Shown one piece after another: positions 9,459-19,301 of a stretch of 64,000 nucleotides of DNA (positions are counted from its first letter, which is position 1; each line of letters starts with the position of its first letter). The stretch is from a virus. The notes below the pieces were generated by a model. The model saw only the letters and a list, made by a program, of their open reading frames with translations. It was not told the origin of the DNA and ran no database searches. A program made the translations under genes and the position numbers. The stretch is taken from IMG/VR virus record IMGVR_UViG_3300018077_000007, positions 20,524-84,523 of that record; one strand, given 5' to 3'.

Positions 9459-10358
9459 ATGGCGTTCGATGCGTATACGACGGCCGAGGCGTATATCCTC
9501 GACCGGGTGGGCGAGGATGGGACGGTCACGACCACTATGCTGGCCTCGCTCGCGAGGGATTTTTTGATCGCGCGGTGGCGGGATCTGGTGCTCCGCTTCC
9601 CCTGGATCGGGCTGACCAAGACCCCCCCCGGGATTTTTTTAACGAGCGATGACATCAGCACCCTCACCATTACCGTGGCCGCGACGGGGATCGCCGCGGC
9701 CGGGACGCTCTCGGCGGCCCCGGCGGGGAGCCTCTCGCTTGTGGACTACAAGATGCGCCCGACCGGCAAGGACTGGGTGGCCCGGGTGACGGTCCATGCG
9801 GCGGATGGCACGGCGGTCACGCTCGATGCCGTCCCCGAAACCCTCGCGGCGGGATCCGCCATCACGCTTTTTCAGGATGAATACACGTTGGCCTCTGATG
9901 TGGCCCTCTTCATTGATGGCCTGTGGACCCAGGAGGGGAACTTTGTGGCCCTCGTGGGCGAGGAGGAGTTGAAGGCGAAGTGGCCGGATCCGCCGGCCTC
10001 GGGGTATCCGCCCGAAGCGTTTGCTCGGCTGACGATGCGCCGCGTGCGGCTGTCGTCCTATCCCACGGCCCTGAAACGGATCGAGTATCCCTATACCCGC
10101 ATGCCCGCCGATCCCTCGGGCAGCGGCACCGTGGACTTGCCGAGTCAGTTACGCACCGTCTGGGTGGAATTGGCCCTGGCCGATCTGCTGGATGAGAAGT
10201 ACGACCGGCGAGCGCATCCGGTGTTGCTCAAGGCCGAGGGCAAACTGGAGCAGTTGATCGGGCTGGAATCCCGGTTTCGGATGGGCGAGGGGATGCTGTC
10301 GCACGGGACGCGGGTGGCCCCGTATGGAGATGTGAAGCGGGGAGGGTACGGCTCTTGA
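9459..10358 (+). CDS. Putative head-tail adaptor (tail tubular protein A-like)
   Basis: Helical N-terminus ending FPW, YTLASD, LSSYP..IEYPY motifs; position before the nozzle gene. Confidence 0.55.
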   Translation: MAFDAYTTAEAYILDRVGEDGTVTTTMLASLARDFLIARWRDLVLRFPWIGLTKTPPGIFLTSDDISTLTITVAATGIAAAGTLSAAPAGSLSLVDYKMRPTGKDWVARVTVHAADGTAVTLDAVPETLAAGSAITLFQDEYTLASDVALFIDGLWTQEGNFVALVGEEELKAKWPDPPASGYPPEAFARLTMRRVRLSSYPTALKRIEYPYTRMPADPSGSGTVDLPSQLRTVWVELALADLLDEKYDRRAHPVLLKAEGKLEQLIGLESRFRMGEGMLSHGTRVAPYGDVKRGGYGS

Positions 10359-11580
10359 CATCCTCCACCGGATTGAAGTCCGGGGATTCCAACACCGACG
10401 CCACCCGGAAGGAGGCGCGGCATTGAGGTTCGCGGTTCACTGCCCGGCGGTGCTGCACCAAGGCTCCCCGCGCTGGCACGGCCTGTCCGGCCGCGATGTT
10501 ACGTGCTGCATTGGTATCGGCATGGCAGTGGAACCCGCAGACTACGCAACGGAAGCTCGCTTGGCTCTCACGAGACGCCGCCGCGACATGCCCGCACTCG
10601 CTGCACTGCTGGCTGGTGTACCTCGGGTCAACTCGGCGAACTCTCCCGTGCGCTTTGTGTTCAAGGCGCGTGAGGAACAGGCCCCAGCCTTGCGCCAAGA
10701 TGCTGCGGTTGAGGCCGGCCTTTTGCGCGACATTCCGACCGGGCGTTTGGAGGGTGCCGTGCGCCGAGCGCGTCATGGCACCGACGTTGAGATTCTCGAC
10801 CTTCAGGACATCGTAGCGGCGGGCGAGGCTCGTGGTCGTCTGCTCCACCCAGTCCTTGCGGCGGGCCGTCTCGTGGGCTCGGAGCCGGGCGATGGCACGC
10901 TTGACCCGTCGCCGACGGTTCGAGCCCCGCTGGGCGCGGGCGAGGCGGCGCTGGAGCCGGAGGAGGCGCTCCGCTTCCTTGGGCCGCAGGACAGGCGCGT
11001 GGAGGCTCTCGCCTTCACTCGTCATCACGCTGACGGCGACTCCACGGTCAAGGCCAACGATCTCGCCCGTCCCTGGGCCGGGGAGGGGTGCCGGGATGTG
11101 GGCGAAGGCAATGTGCCAGCGGCCTGCGGGATCGCGCGTCACGCGGTACGATTTTACGCATGGAATCGGCCTCGTCTGTCGAAAGCGCACCCAGCCGATC
11201 TTCGGCACGAAGAGCGCCGTATGACGACGGTTCAATCGCCGCACATGACTGGGTTGAAGCGCGACGATGCGGAAGCCCTCGTCACGATCCCGCTTGCGCC
11301 ACGTCGGGCGCCGGTGAGTGCCCCCGAAGAAGTTCCGTTTGGCTTGGTCGAAGTCTCGGAGTGCCTGCTGCTGGACGATGACGCTGCCCTCGGCGAGCCA
11401 TGGTTCAGCCGCACGCAACTCCGTGAGTTGCCGGCTCAATTCGGCGTAACCGGGCGCTGTCTTTCCCGGTTGCCAGAGTCGCCACTGCTCCAAACAGAGG
11501 TTCCAGAGAAACCGCGCCTGACCGCAGGCGTTTACCAGCATGGGCTCTTGTTCACGGGAGGGGTACAGGCGAAAGCGCAT
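10228..11580 (-). CDS. tnpB: RNA-guided endonuclease TnpB
   Basis: RFRLYP N-terminus; RuvC-I GLDRG, RuvC-II VENL, zinc finger CSECG/CVVCG, RuvC-III ADTNAARNI; ORF reads through the right end. Confidence 0.95.
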   Translation of the reverse strand: MRFRLYPSREQEPMLVNACGQARFLWNLCLEQWRLWQPGKTAPGYAELSRQLTELRAAEPWLAEGSVIVQQQALRDFDQAKRNFFGGTHRRPTWRKRDRDEGFRIVALQPSHVRRLNRRHTALFVPKIGWVRFRQTRPIPCVKSYRVTRDPAGRWHIAFAHIPAPLPGPGTGEIVGLDRGVAVSVMTSEGESLHAPVLRPKEAERLLRLQRRLARAQRGSNRRRRVKRAIARLRAHETARRKDWVEQTTTSLARRYDVLKVENLNVGAMTRSAHGTLQTPGRNVAQKAGLNRSILAQGWGLFLTRLEHKAHGRVRRVDPRYTSQQCSECGHVAAASRESQASFRCVVCGFHCHADTNAARNIAAGQAVPARGALVQHRRAVNREPQCRASFRVASVLESPDFNPVEDVKSRTLPASHLHTGPPASRATASPRPSETGIPARSTAPVCPRP

Positions 11581-11804
11581 TTAGGCGCGCCTGAGGTAGG
11601 CATCGACCGCCCGGCGGATCAGTTCGGCCACCGTCAGGCCGGTGGTCTCGGCGAGCCGCCGCAGCAGGGTGAGTTGCCGCTCGGTCAGATGGAAGTTGAC
11701 GCGCTGCATACCCCGAGTATACACACTCACGTTGGGCGTGTCCACCCACACACGGCGCTTCCTCCCCGCGCTGAAGCGCAGGGTTTCCGCGCCGGGAGCA
11801 TCCG
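10355..11804 (-). mobile_element. IS200/IS605-family (IS1341-like, no TnpA) element: RHH gene + tnpB
   Basis: Minus strand: TCAT|CGGATGC..CCCTGCGCTTCAGCGCGGGG left-end hairpin; right end CCCCGGACTTCAATCCGGTGGAGGATGTCAA. Confidence 0.85.
11581..11709 (-). CDS. CopG/ribbon-helix-helix protein
   Basis: MQRVNFHLTERQ...GLTVAELIRRAVDAYL; stop abuts the tnpB ATG. Confidence 0.8.
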   Translation of the reverse strand: MQRVNFHLTERQLTLLRRLAETTGLTVAELIRRAVDAYLRRA

Positions 11805-12065
11805 ATGAGCGTGACGGCATGGATTCCGGTGGTTCTGCTTGTCGCGCAACTCTTAACGCCCTATTCGCCAGAAATGGTCAAGGAGTTTGAAGCCATCCCG
11901 ATTGGGGAAACTCGGGATGTGGCCTTCCCACAAGGTGACGGTTGTAATTCGTGTACGTGCCCGGTCCACCGGACCTCGGAAACGCATATCAAAGTCGGCA
12001 ACTCTTGCCGCTGCACCCTCGTGAATTGTCGTCCGCTCTTTTCGCCGGAGATCCCGTTCAAATGA
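11805..12065 (+). CDS. Small secreted Cys-rich protein (pacifastin/VWC-like)
   Basis: Hydrophobic N-terminus; GDGCNSCTC...CRCTLVNC. Confidence 0.6.
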   Translation: MSVTAWIPVVLLVAQLLTPYSPEMVKEFEAIPIGETRDVAFPQGDGCNSCTCPVHRTSETHIKVGNSCRCTLVNCRPLFSPEIPFK

Positions 12066-12628
12066 CGACATGGGTGGGTGCTCTGGTCAGGATCGTCGTT
12101 GGAGGGCTCGTCTTCGCGAGCCTCTCTCTCCCAGGCCCCCTCATGGCCCATCCCGGGCGATTGGACGCGAAGGGTTGCCACCATGTCGAAACGAAGTTCG
12201 TCTATAAGTCGGGAAAGGTCGCCGAAGTGGGAGACTCTCATTGCCATCGCTCTCTTGGCGACATGCGGCTTGACGGCCTCGAAGTGCTCCAACAACCGCC
12301 GCTTGGCTTCCTGGAGTCGATTCCCTCGTCGCCGATCCCTCCCTGCTGGCCTGCGGGGGTGCCGTCCGTGAATCAGTGGACGCTCCACCGGGCCGAGATG
12401 CGCGAGGCGGATGGGCATACCTGGCTCGGGGCGCATTACCGATTGCCCTCGGGGCAGATGCTCTCGGCGGTGTGGCTGGATGGCGAGATCGTGGCCATCG
12501 ACCCTGATCCCGCCGGCCCGGTGCCCATGTGGATTCAGGCAGGCCGCGTCGAAATCCGGGACGGGGGACCGCACCGGTTGCGGCGAATCGAGCCCCCCGG
12601 GCCGTGCCGGTGGGAGCGGTGGCCATGA
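12062..12628 (+). CDS. Signal-peptide protein with YHYH-like domain
   Basis: LMA|HPGRLDAKGCHH...SHCHR; ATGA overlap. Confidence 0.7.
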   Translation: MTTWVGALVRIVVGGLVFASLSLPGPLMAHPGRLDAKGCHHVETKFVYKSGKVAEVGDSHCHRSLGDMRLDGLEVLQQPPLGFLESIPSSPIPPCWPAGVPSVNQWTLHRAEMREADGHTWLGAHYRLPSGQMLSAVWLDGEIVAIDPDPAGPVPMWIQAGRVEIRDGGPHRLRRIEPPGPCRWERWP

Positions 12629-12969
12629 GCGAACTCCGCTGGACCCTCACCGTGCCCGAACCGACCCGGTCCTGGGATGAATGCCGCTTGGCCGCCGTGG
12701 AGTTTCGGTTTCCGGCTGACGCCCCGCCGGGCGTGACGCTCCGGTGGGAGCGGCGCCAGGGTGGCCAGATTGTGCAAGCGGATGGACTCGCCCTCGCGTG
12801 GGCGGAGATGGGGGATCCCACAGCCCTCTTGACGGCGTTGCTGGATTGGGCGACGGACCGGATGAAGACGGCGGGGGTCCTGCCCAGGGCCGCCGTGAAA
12901 GAACTCGGGCCAACACCCGAGAAGCCCGTGCCGGCGGCGGTGCCGGAACCGGGGATCACGCTGCGATGA
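12625..12969 (+). CDS. Hypothetical protein
   Basis: ATGA-coupled ORF. Confidence 0.55.
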   Translation: MSELRWTLTVPEPTRSWDECRLAAVEFRFPADAPPGVTLRWERRQGGQIVQADGLALAWAEMGDPTALLTALLDWATDRMKTAGVLPRAAVKELGPTPEKPVPAAVPEPGITLR

Positions 12970-13190
12970 GAACCCTGCCCGTCACGTATCCACGAGACCC
13001 CGAGACGCCAGGCGCGGCGATCCGCCCCTGCGTCCGCTGTCATCTCGATTTCTTGGCAGTGGCGGTGGCGGATCTGAGCGCCCTGGATCCCGCACTGTCG
13101 CGCTTCCCTGATCTCTGTGTCGGCTGCCGGGTCCTTGAGGCCCGGATGCTCCCTGACCGCCCATTGCCCATGTGGGCCACGGGGATATAG
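12966..13190 (+). CDS. Small zinc-binding hypothetical protein
   Basis: ATGA-coupled; CVRC...CVGC. Confidence 0.5.
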   Translation: MRTLPVTYPRDPETPGAAIRPCVRCHLDFLAVAVADLSALDPALSRFPDLCVGCRVLEARMLPDRPLPMWATGI

Positions 13191-13195
13191 CGGTC

Positions 13196-14755
13196 ATGCC
13201 CTACGACGGCATTCCGGTGATCGAAATCCAACTTGGAGGCGAAGGGCTCTGGGGGGTGAGAAATCGTGGGCTCATCCCACAAAGCGCCCTCATCCAACTC
13301 AGAAATGCCACCCTCGAAGACCACTCGGTGCGCTCCGGTGGCGGGGCCACGAAACTCGGCGACGCCATCGGGGCCGTCACGCTCCAGGCCGCCATTGACT
13401 ACTGGCCGGCGGTCACGACGCAACGGACCCTCGTGTCCGTCGGGGACGGGACGCTGCGGAAGGACACGGGGAGCGGGGCCGGGTGGTCCACCCTGGCCAG
13501 CGGGTTGACGACGTCGGGGCAAGTGGCGATCTGGGTGCCCGGGGGGGCCGAAAGCACCGGACGGGATCGGAAGGCGTTCCACGTCGATGGGGTGAACGCC
13601 GTGCAGGTGCTGGCGGCGGATGGGGCCGCGACCGCTGCGCTGGCGAGTCCGCCGGCGGCGTGGGCCGGGGCCAACCAACCGCGCACGCTGTTTGTCCACC
13701 AAGCGTATCTGTTCGGCGGGGGCTCGCCGAATGACCCCCACCGGCTCCACCGGAGTTTGAACACCAACCATGAAGACTTTCTGACGACGCCCTATTCGCT
13801 CCTGATTGATCCCGGTGCCGAATTCGGGGAATACATCGCCGCTGGGACCACCTTCAAAGGCGGCGCCATCATCTGGAAATTCCCGGAGGGCGTGTTTTTC
13901 ATCGACACCTCCGACGTGGCGACCCCGGCGAACTGGCGCGTGATCCGCGTGGGGCGTCCCGGCATTGCGGGGCCGCTCTGTTGGGCCGCCGTGGAAGATG
14001 ATCTGATCTGGGTCTCGCCCGACGGGTCCTGGCATCTCCTGAGCGCCACCCAAGCCACCGGGAGCGTGAAAGCATCGGATATTTCCACGCGCAAGCTCGG
14101 GAGCTTCTTCCGGGACAACGTGAACTTGGCCCAACTCGCCACGGCCCAGATGATCTACTACGCCAACAAGGGCGAGATTCAACTGGCCTGCCACGGCCAG
14201 GGCCAGACGGCCAAGAACCGGCGGTTTCATATTGATCGCAACAAGCTCACGGATGAGCGGTGGATCTACTGGGACCGGGATCGGAATGAATCGCTCTTCC
14301 TCCGCAAGCGCTCGGGCATCCAAATCCCCGCCATGGGGGATAACGCCGGGCAGGTGTGGGAACTGGACCGGGTGGCCCGAAGTGCCGACGGGGTCGCCTA
14401 CACCTTTGAATGGTGGCTCCGGGATCTCGACTTTGGGGAAGTGGTGCGCGGGTGGCGCGGGCGCAAAACCAACGGGCGGTTTTTGCAACTGGAATATGAC
14501 GCCCGGGATAGCGTGACCCATGCGGTGGAGGTCTATCGAGACGGCACCTTGTCCCAGACGATCAACTTTGTGCTGGACGGCGGGGCCGGAACGCTGCCCT
14601 TCACCCTCCCGATCACGTTTGGGGTCGGGGGGTTGCGCATCTCGCGCCCGCAACGGCTGCTCGGCCAGGCGCAACGGTGGAGCTTTCGGGGCCGCACGAC
14701 GACGGCGAGTGATACGTCGATCACGCGACTCCTGATCGGGGCGGAGGCGGCATGA
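13196..14755 (+). CDS. Tail nozzle / tubular protein B-like (P22 gp10-like beta-propeller)
   Basis: About 519 aa, beta-rich, Trp-containing repeats; lies between adaptor and ejection genes. Confidence 0.6.
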   Translation: MPYDGIPVIEIQLGGEGLWGVRNRGLIPQSALIQLRNATLEDHSVRSGGGATKLGDAIGAVTLQAAIDYWPAVTTQRTLVSVGDGTLRKDTGSGAGWSTLASGLTTSGQVAIWVPGGAESTGRDRKAFHVDGVNAVQVLAADGAATAALASPPAAWAGANQPRTLFVHQAYLFGGGSPNDPHRLHRSLNTNHEDFLTTPYSLLIDPGAEFGEYIAAGTTFKGGAIIWKFPEGVFFIDTSDVATPANWRVIRVGRPGIAGPLCWAAVEDDLIWVSPDGSWHLLSATQATGSVKASDISTRKLGSFFRDNVNLAQLATAQMIYYANKGEIQLACHGQGQTAKNRRFHIDRNKLTDERWIYWDRDRNESLFLRKRSGIQIPAMGDNAGQVWELDRVARSADGVAYTFEWWLRDLDFGEVVRGWRGRKTNGRFLQLEYDARDSVTHAVEVYRDGTLSQTINFVLDGGAGTLPFTLPITFGVGGLRISRPQRLLGQAQRWSFRGRTTTASDTSITRLLIGAEAA

Positions 14756-14764
14756 GCCGGCCGC

Positions 14765-15742
14765 TTACAGGAGCCGCTGTGTCTTTCTCCGCCGGGGCAC
14801 GTACCCATAAGGATTGGGACCGTGATGCTTCCCCTCAAGGATGAGCGAGACGGTTGCCCGGCTGACCCCGTGGCGTTGCGCGAGCCAGTGATGGGGGGCG
14901 TCTGGGTTATCGGCGGCATCGCGACGGAGCGCATCGACTTCGGGCGCGAGGAGGTTTCTGTAGGAAGGGCGAACGCGCAATCCTTTGGGCATCGGGACGT
15001 GCTTCCACGTCTGCCCTCGGATTACGTCGCTAATGTGTTGGCGGGAGACGCCAATTTGATCGGCCAAGGTAAAAATCGTTTCCCCGCCCTGCATGTACCG
15101 CCGACGAATGTCAACCACAAGACTTTCGTTCAACTTCACCGTTGTCCCACGCACGCGGGTTCCTCGGATAGGACGGAGTTCTATAGCGGCCCCGCCCGCG
15201 TCGCGACGCCCTCTGCGCTTCAAAATCACGCTAATGTGGTTCTTCGATACTCCGTAGGTGCGGGCGAGATCCGCGGCCGTCACGTTCAGGTTTGTCGCGT
15301 AGGTATCTCGGATGGCGCACACCTGCGCGTCCGTCAACTTCGCCGAATGGTGCCGCTCGCCCCGCGCCCGCAGAATCGGCGGGGGCAGAGTGTTGTTCAT
15401 CACCCGTGGAAGCGGCGGGGCTGGAGAGTGGCGGCGGTCGGCCATGTTGTCCTGAGCCGACCCAGGCCGAAGATGTTCTGGATTCACGCAGGGCTTGTTC
15501 GAGCAAGCATGGAGGATGAACAGGCCAGGCGGAATTGGCCCGTTCGCCAGTTCCCAGGCGATGCGGTGGGCCAGTTCATAGCGGGTGGCCCGTCCACGAG
15601 GCGAGGTCACCGTTACCGCGACGGTGCCGTATCCTTCTCGTCGGTCATGGGCGGCTCCGTGCCAGATCCAGCACGTGGGCGTTTTTTCAATTCTCGCCCA
15701 GTACGCTGCGAGGTCGATATGCCCGCCCTGGAGATTCTCCAT
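14765..15742 (-). CDS. HNH homing endonuclease with tandem HTH repeats
   Basis: CWIWHG..GYG..AHRIAWEL..GPIP..ILHACSNKPCVNPEHL..DNMAD; three KLT/KLN-type HTH units. Confidence 0.9.
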   Translation of the reverse strand: MENLQGGHIDLAAYWARIEKTPTCWIWHGAAHDRREGYGTVAVTVTSPRGRATRYELAHRIAWELANGPIPPGLFILHACSNKPCVNPEHLRPGSAQDNMADRRHSPAPPLPRVMNNTLPPPILRARGERHHSAKLTDAQVCAIRDTYATNLNVTAADLARTYGVSKNHISVILKRRGRRDAGGAAIELRPIRGTRVRGTTVKLNESLVVDIRRRYMQGGETIFTLADQIGVSRQHISDVIRGQTWKHVPMPKGLRVRPSYRNLLAPEVDALRRDAADNPDAPHHWLAQRHGVSRATVSLILEGKHHGPNPYGYVPRRRKTQRLL

Positions 15743-15863
15743 GAGTAGCCGATCCTTTCTTCAGTTACGGAGTCGTTGCATTCATTGTTGTATACCAACT
15801 TCTGTTTGTCAAGCTCGGTGTATCGGGTCCGCACGGACTCACACAGAAAGGAGGTGATGCCCA

Positions 15864-17438
15864 ATGACAACCACGTGGAAACACTCTATAGCAATGATCT
15901 TTTGCTTGGTTGTGGTCTTCGCGTGGCTATCCCCGGCTGCTGGACAGGGTTCCTGCTCGATTTTCAGATCCTGGAGCGCCGGGGATCAGTAACGGCTAAC
16001 CGCTGCTGATTTGACCACCTCGATGACGACCCTGGGCGTCACGAATATGCTCGTGAATTGCCTGGACTCGTGGTCCAACTCGGACGCCCAGATGCAGACC
16101 ACGACCTCGCCGTTCACCACCGCGATCTCGCGTCCGAGCGGGCTCGACGGCGAAGTGGAACGGCTCCGGTACATGTGGTCCCACGTGATGGGCTATAGCC
16201 AGTGGTATCGGCATGACGAGAACCTCCAGTTGCGGGATCGCATGGTGGCGAACCACCGGGGGGCCTTGACCTCGGCGGGCGAAGGGCTCTACCGAGGGCA
16301 GGCCACGCTAGGCGCGAACCTCCGGTACCACGCCGTCAGCTACGGGTTTGAAAACCAGGGCGCGCACCACGAAACGGCGCTCATGCTGATCCACGTGGGC
16401 GCGACGGCCCGGTTCATGGTCTCGCTCGGCGGCGATGTCCACGCCCTGTCCACGATGGCGACCGGCCCGGGGGCGCAACGGTTCCCGGCCTACGCGACGG
16501 CGCGGTGGCATGGGACGGGTCTCTGGTTCCCCTCGGACGGGCAACTCGGCATTTCGGTCGGGGGCGATAGCCCGTATCGGTTCCACGCCACGGGCTTCAT
16601 GGCCCACGCGATCCTCTTCATGCACGCCGGATCGGGGCAATACACCGCGTTCGTCGCCCACGCCAATTCCTCGGTGACGCGCACCTACCGGCTCCCGCAG
16701 ACCTTCGGGACGCAGGGGCAGGCGTTGGCGATGGGGCCAAATGCCGGAGGCTTTGCGGATCTGGAATGGACCAACGTTGCCATCGCCCTACCAGTATCAG
16801 TCGCCAGTGGCGGCACCGGCCTTACTTCGGGCACTTCGGGCGGGATTCTCGGATTCACGGCATCGGGGACGCTCGCCTCGTCAGCCGCCTTGACCGCCAA
16901 CGCCCTTGTCCTGGGCGGCGGGGCCGGGGCCACTCCGACCGTGCTGGGGTCTCTCGGCACGACGACGACGGTGCTGCATGGCAACGCGGCGGGTGCCCCG
17001 TCGTTCGGTGCCGTGAGCTTGTCCGCCGACGTGACAGGCAATCTTCCCGTCGCCAATTTGAATAGTGGAACGGGGGCGGGTGCCACGACGTTCTGGCGCG
17101 GGGATGCAACCTGGGCGACAGCCTCGTCCCTCGAAACGGGCGTCTACGTCAACGAGACGGGCGTCAAGGTGGCCGGGACGATTTACCAGAACACGAGCGG
17201 GCGCAAGCGACGGGTCTATCAAAACGTCGAGGGGGCTGGCTCAGGGAAGCTCAGCGCTCTCGTGGAGGTCGGGACTGCCTCGCCTCCGACGATTGCCATT
17301 GCCAATCTGATTATCGATGTCAATGCAGCGGCGGTCAACCACTCACTGCCCGTCTCCTATGAGGTGCCCAACAATAATTACTACCGCCTCACTATCACGA
17401 CGGGGAGTGTTACGCGGTGGGTGGAAATTGATGAATAG
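15864..17438 (+). CDS. Tail fibre-like protein with signal peptide, interrupted by in-frame TAA at 15990
   Basis: AGGAGG RBS, ATG 15864 ([27 protein letters not shown]|Q) in frame with ORF 16011-17438; fibre motifs [31 protein letters not shown]. Confidence 0.7.
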
Positions 17439-17700
17439 TCAACTATCCCGAAGGCTCCGCCTCTGGGGTTCTCTCCTGATCGCGGGATTCTGCGCCTTTT
17501 CCCCAGTGGGGGCTCTCGCTCAACCCCCGCCGTTGTCCTGTGAGGACCAACTCCGCACCGTGCGGGTCTATGCCGACACGCTCAGCAACGTCCGCCAGCG
17601 GATCGAACTGGACGCCGCCCAAACGATTGCGACGCTGTTGAAGCGGATCGAGCAACTTCAGGCGGAAGTCACGGCCCTGAAAGGCACGAAAAAGGAGTAG
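17431..17700 (+). CDS. Signal-peptide coiled-coil protein (possible fibre chaperone)
   Basis: ALA|Q signal; [16 protein letters not shown]. Confidence 0.6.
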   Translation: MNSQLSRRLRLWGSLLIAGFCAFSPVGALAQPPPLSCEDQLRTVRVYADTLSNVRQRIELDAAQTIATLLKRIEQLQAEVTALKGTKKE

Positions 17701-17704
17701 CGGG

Positions 17705-19297
17705 GTGGCCAACGAAGACATCGGCTTCACCGACTACACCGACTGGAGTTGGCTCCAAGCCCTGGGGTTTGAGGACTTCCGGTTCCCCGAGACGCAGTAC
17801 GGGGTCTCGCCCGTTGACTTCCGTCCGGCCCTCGGCGATCAGGTGTTCGAAGATCCGTTCGGGCCGCCGGTTCAGCCCGCGTTCGAGATCACGCCAGAAT
17901 TTCAGAGTCTCCTTCAGAACGTGCCTCCCGAAGATTTACGGGATTGGGGCGTGGATACCACGACGGGGCAAATTGTCGATACAAAGACCGGGAAGTCGCC
18001 GGAGAGCCTCAGCGCCCGAGATGCGGCCATCATTGCCGCCGTTCAGAAGCAACCGACCTGGCAGGATCGGCTCTTACAGTTTGGCATTCCCACGGCGGCG
18101 GCGCTCGCGGGAACTGGGGTGGCCCGGCTCATCACGGGCGGTCCCACGACGGTCAAACTCCCCGAACTCACCGGGCCGGGGCCGGTCGCCACGGCGGGGC
18201 AGAACACGCTCCTGACGGCCCTGACCTCGCCGGCTCTCCGAAACGCCCTGACGCTCGCGCAAGGGGGTGATGGGACCTGGAGCCTTCCCGGAACGCCGGG
18301 GATGCCGAGTGCCACGGGCGGGCAAGATTTGGAACGCCTGATCCGATCGGCCCTCACGGGTCAGCGCACCATTGCCGATCTGGCGACCGCCGCCGCAGGC
18401 CGAGAATTCGGGGCCGCCGAAGAAGAAGCCCCGCTCCAGCGGCTCTACCGGCTGGCGGCGCTGGCCCAACTGCCCGCGTTCATGGCCCGCCCCGGCCAAG
18501 CCGATGCCATGGCCCCGCTGCTCCAGGCGTATGCGGCGGCGAATCTGCCGCCCGCCGGGCCGATGACCGATCCCACGACGGCGGCGTTGACGGCTGAACT
18601 GGAAGCGGCCTTTGCGGGCAAACTCGATCCTGAAACGGAACGCCGGATTGCCGAAGCGCGGACCTCGCTACGCAACACCTTGGCGGCCCAACTCTTGATC
18701 AATCCTGGCGATGTCGAGTTGACGACGCCGGGGGCACAGCGCATGGCGGAATTCGAGCGCAATGCCGAGGAACTCCGGGGGGGCCAGCGGCGCCAGACGA
18801 TTTCGACCCTCGCGCCCATCGAGCAGCAGCGGCGGCAATTCAACGTGACGACGCCACTGCTGACCCGGATGCAAAATCTGGGGCTGCTGCTGCCGGAGGA
18901 ACGGATTCGGACCCTGTCGGACGACGAGCGGCGCCGGGTCGGGTTGGCCGAACAACTCACGTTCTCAGGGCTCGGGCGGATCAATCCCGCCACCACCGCC
19001 GGCACGCTCTCGAACCTGCTGCCGATCTCCCCCCTGCTCGGGATTCAGCAGACCGATGCCGACCGGCAACTCCAGAATGCGCTCCGGGTGCAGGCGGCGC
19101 TCTCGGGGTTCCAGGCCGAGACGCAGGGGAACCGCGATCTGGCGACGGCCATCAACCAAGCCTTCGGGATCGGGGCTTCGGCCCTCGCGCCCCGCGCCTC
19201 GTCAACCATGGACCTCTTGCCGCTGATGTTGGCGGGGGGCATGATGAGCCGCACTCCCGGCACTCCGCTCAGCGCAGAGTCCCTGATGGTGGGCTAA
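17705..19297 (+). CDS. Putative ejection/internal virion protein
   Basis: AAGGAG RBS; Ala/Gln/Leu-rich helical 530 aa; position. Confidence 0.6.
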   Translation: MANEDIGFTDYTDWSWLQALGFEDFRFPETQYGVSPVDFRPALGDQVFEDPFGPPVQPAFEITPEFQSLLQNVPPEDLRDWGVDTTTGQIVDTKTGKSPESLSARDAAIIAAVQKQPTWQDRLLQFGIPTAAALAGTGVARLITGGPTTVKLPELTGPGPVATAGQNTLLTALTSPALRNALTLAQGGDGTWSLPGTPGMPSATGGQDLERLIRSALTGQRTIADLATAAAGREFGAAEEEAPLQRLYRLAALAQLPAFMARPGQADAMAPLLQAYAAANLPPAGPMTDPTTAALTAELEAAFAGKLDPETERRIAEARTSLRNTLAAQLLINPGDVELTTPGAQRMAEFERNAEELRGGQRRQTISTLAPIEQQRRQFNVTTPLLTRMQNLGLLLPEERIRTLSDDERRRVGLAEQLTFSGLGRINPATTAGTLSNLLPISPLLGIQQTDADRQLQNALRVQAALSGFQAETQGNRDLATAINQAFGIGASALAPRASSTMDLLPLMLAGGMMSRTPGTPLSAESLMVG

Positions 19298-19301
19298 TTC
19301 C

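Noticed and set aside
15857-16009. [13 protein letters not shown]
   Set aside because: ATG too close to the RBS; ATG 15864 has proper spacing and is in the fibre frame
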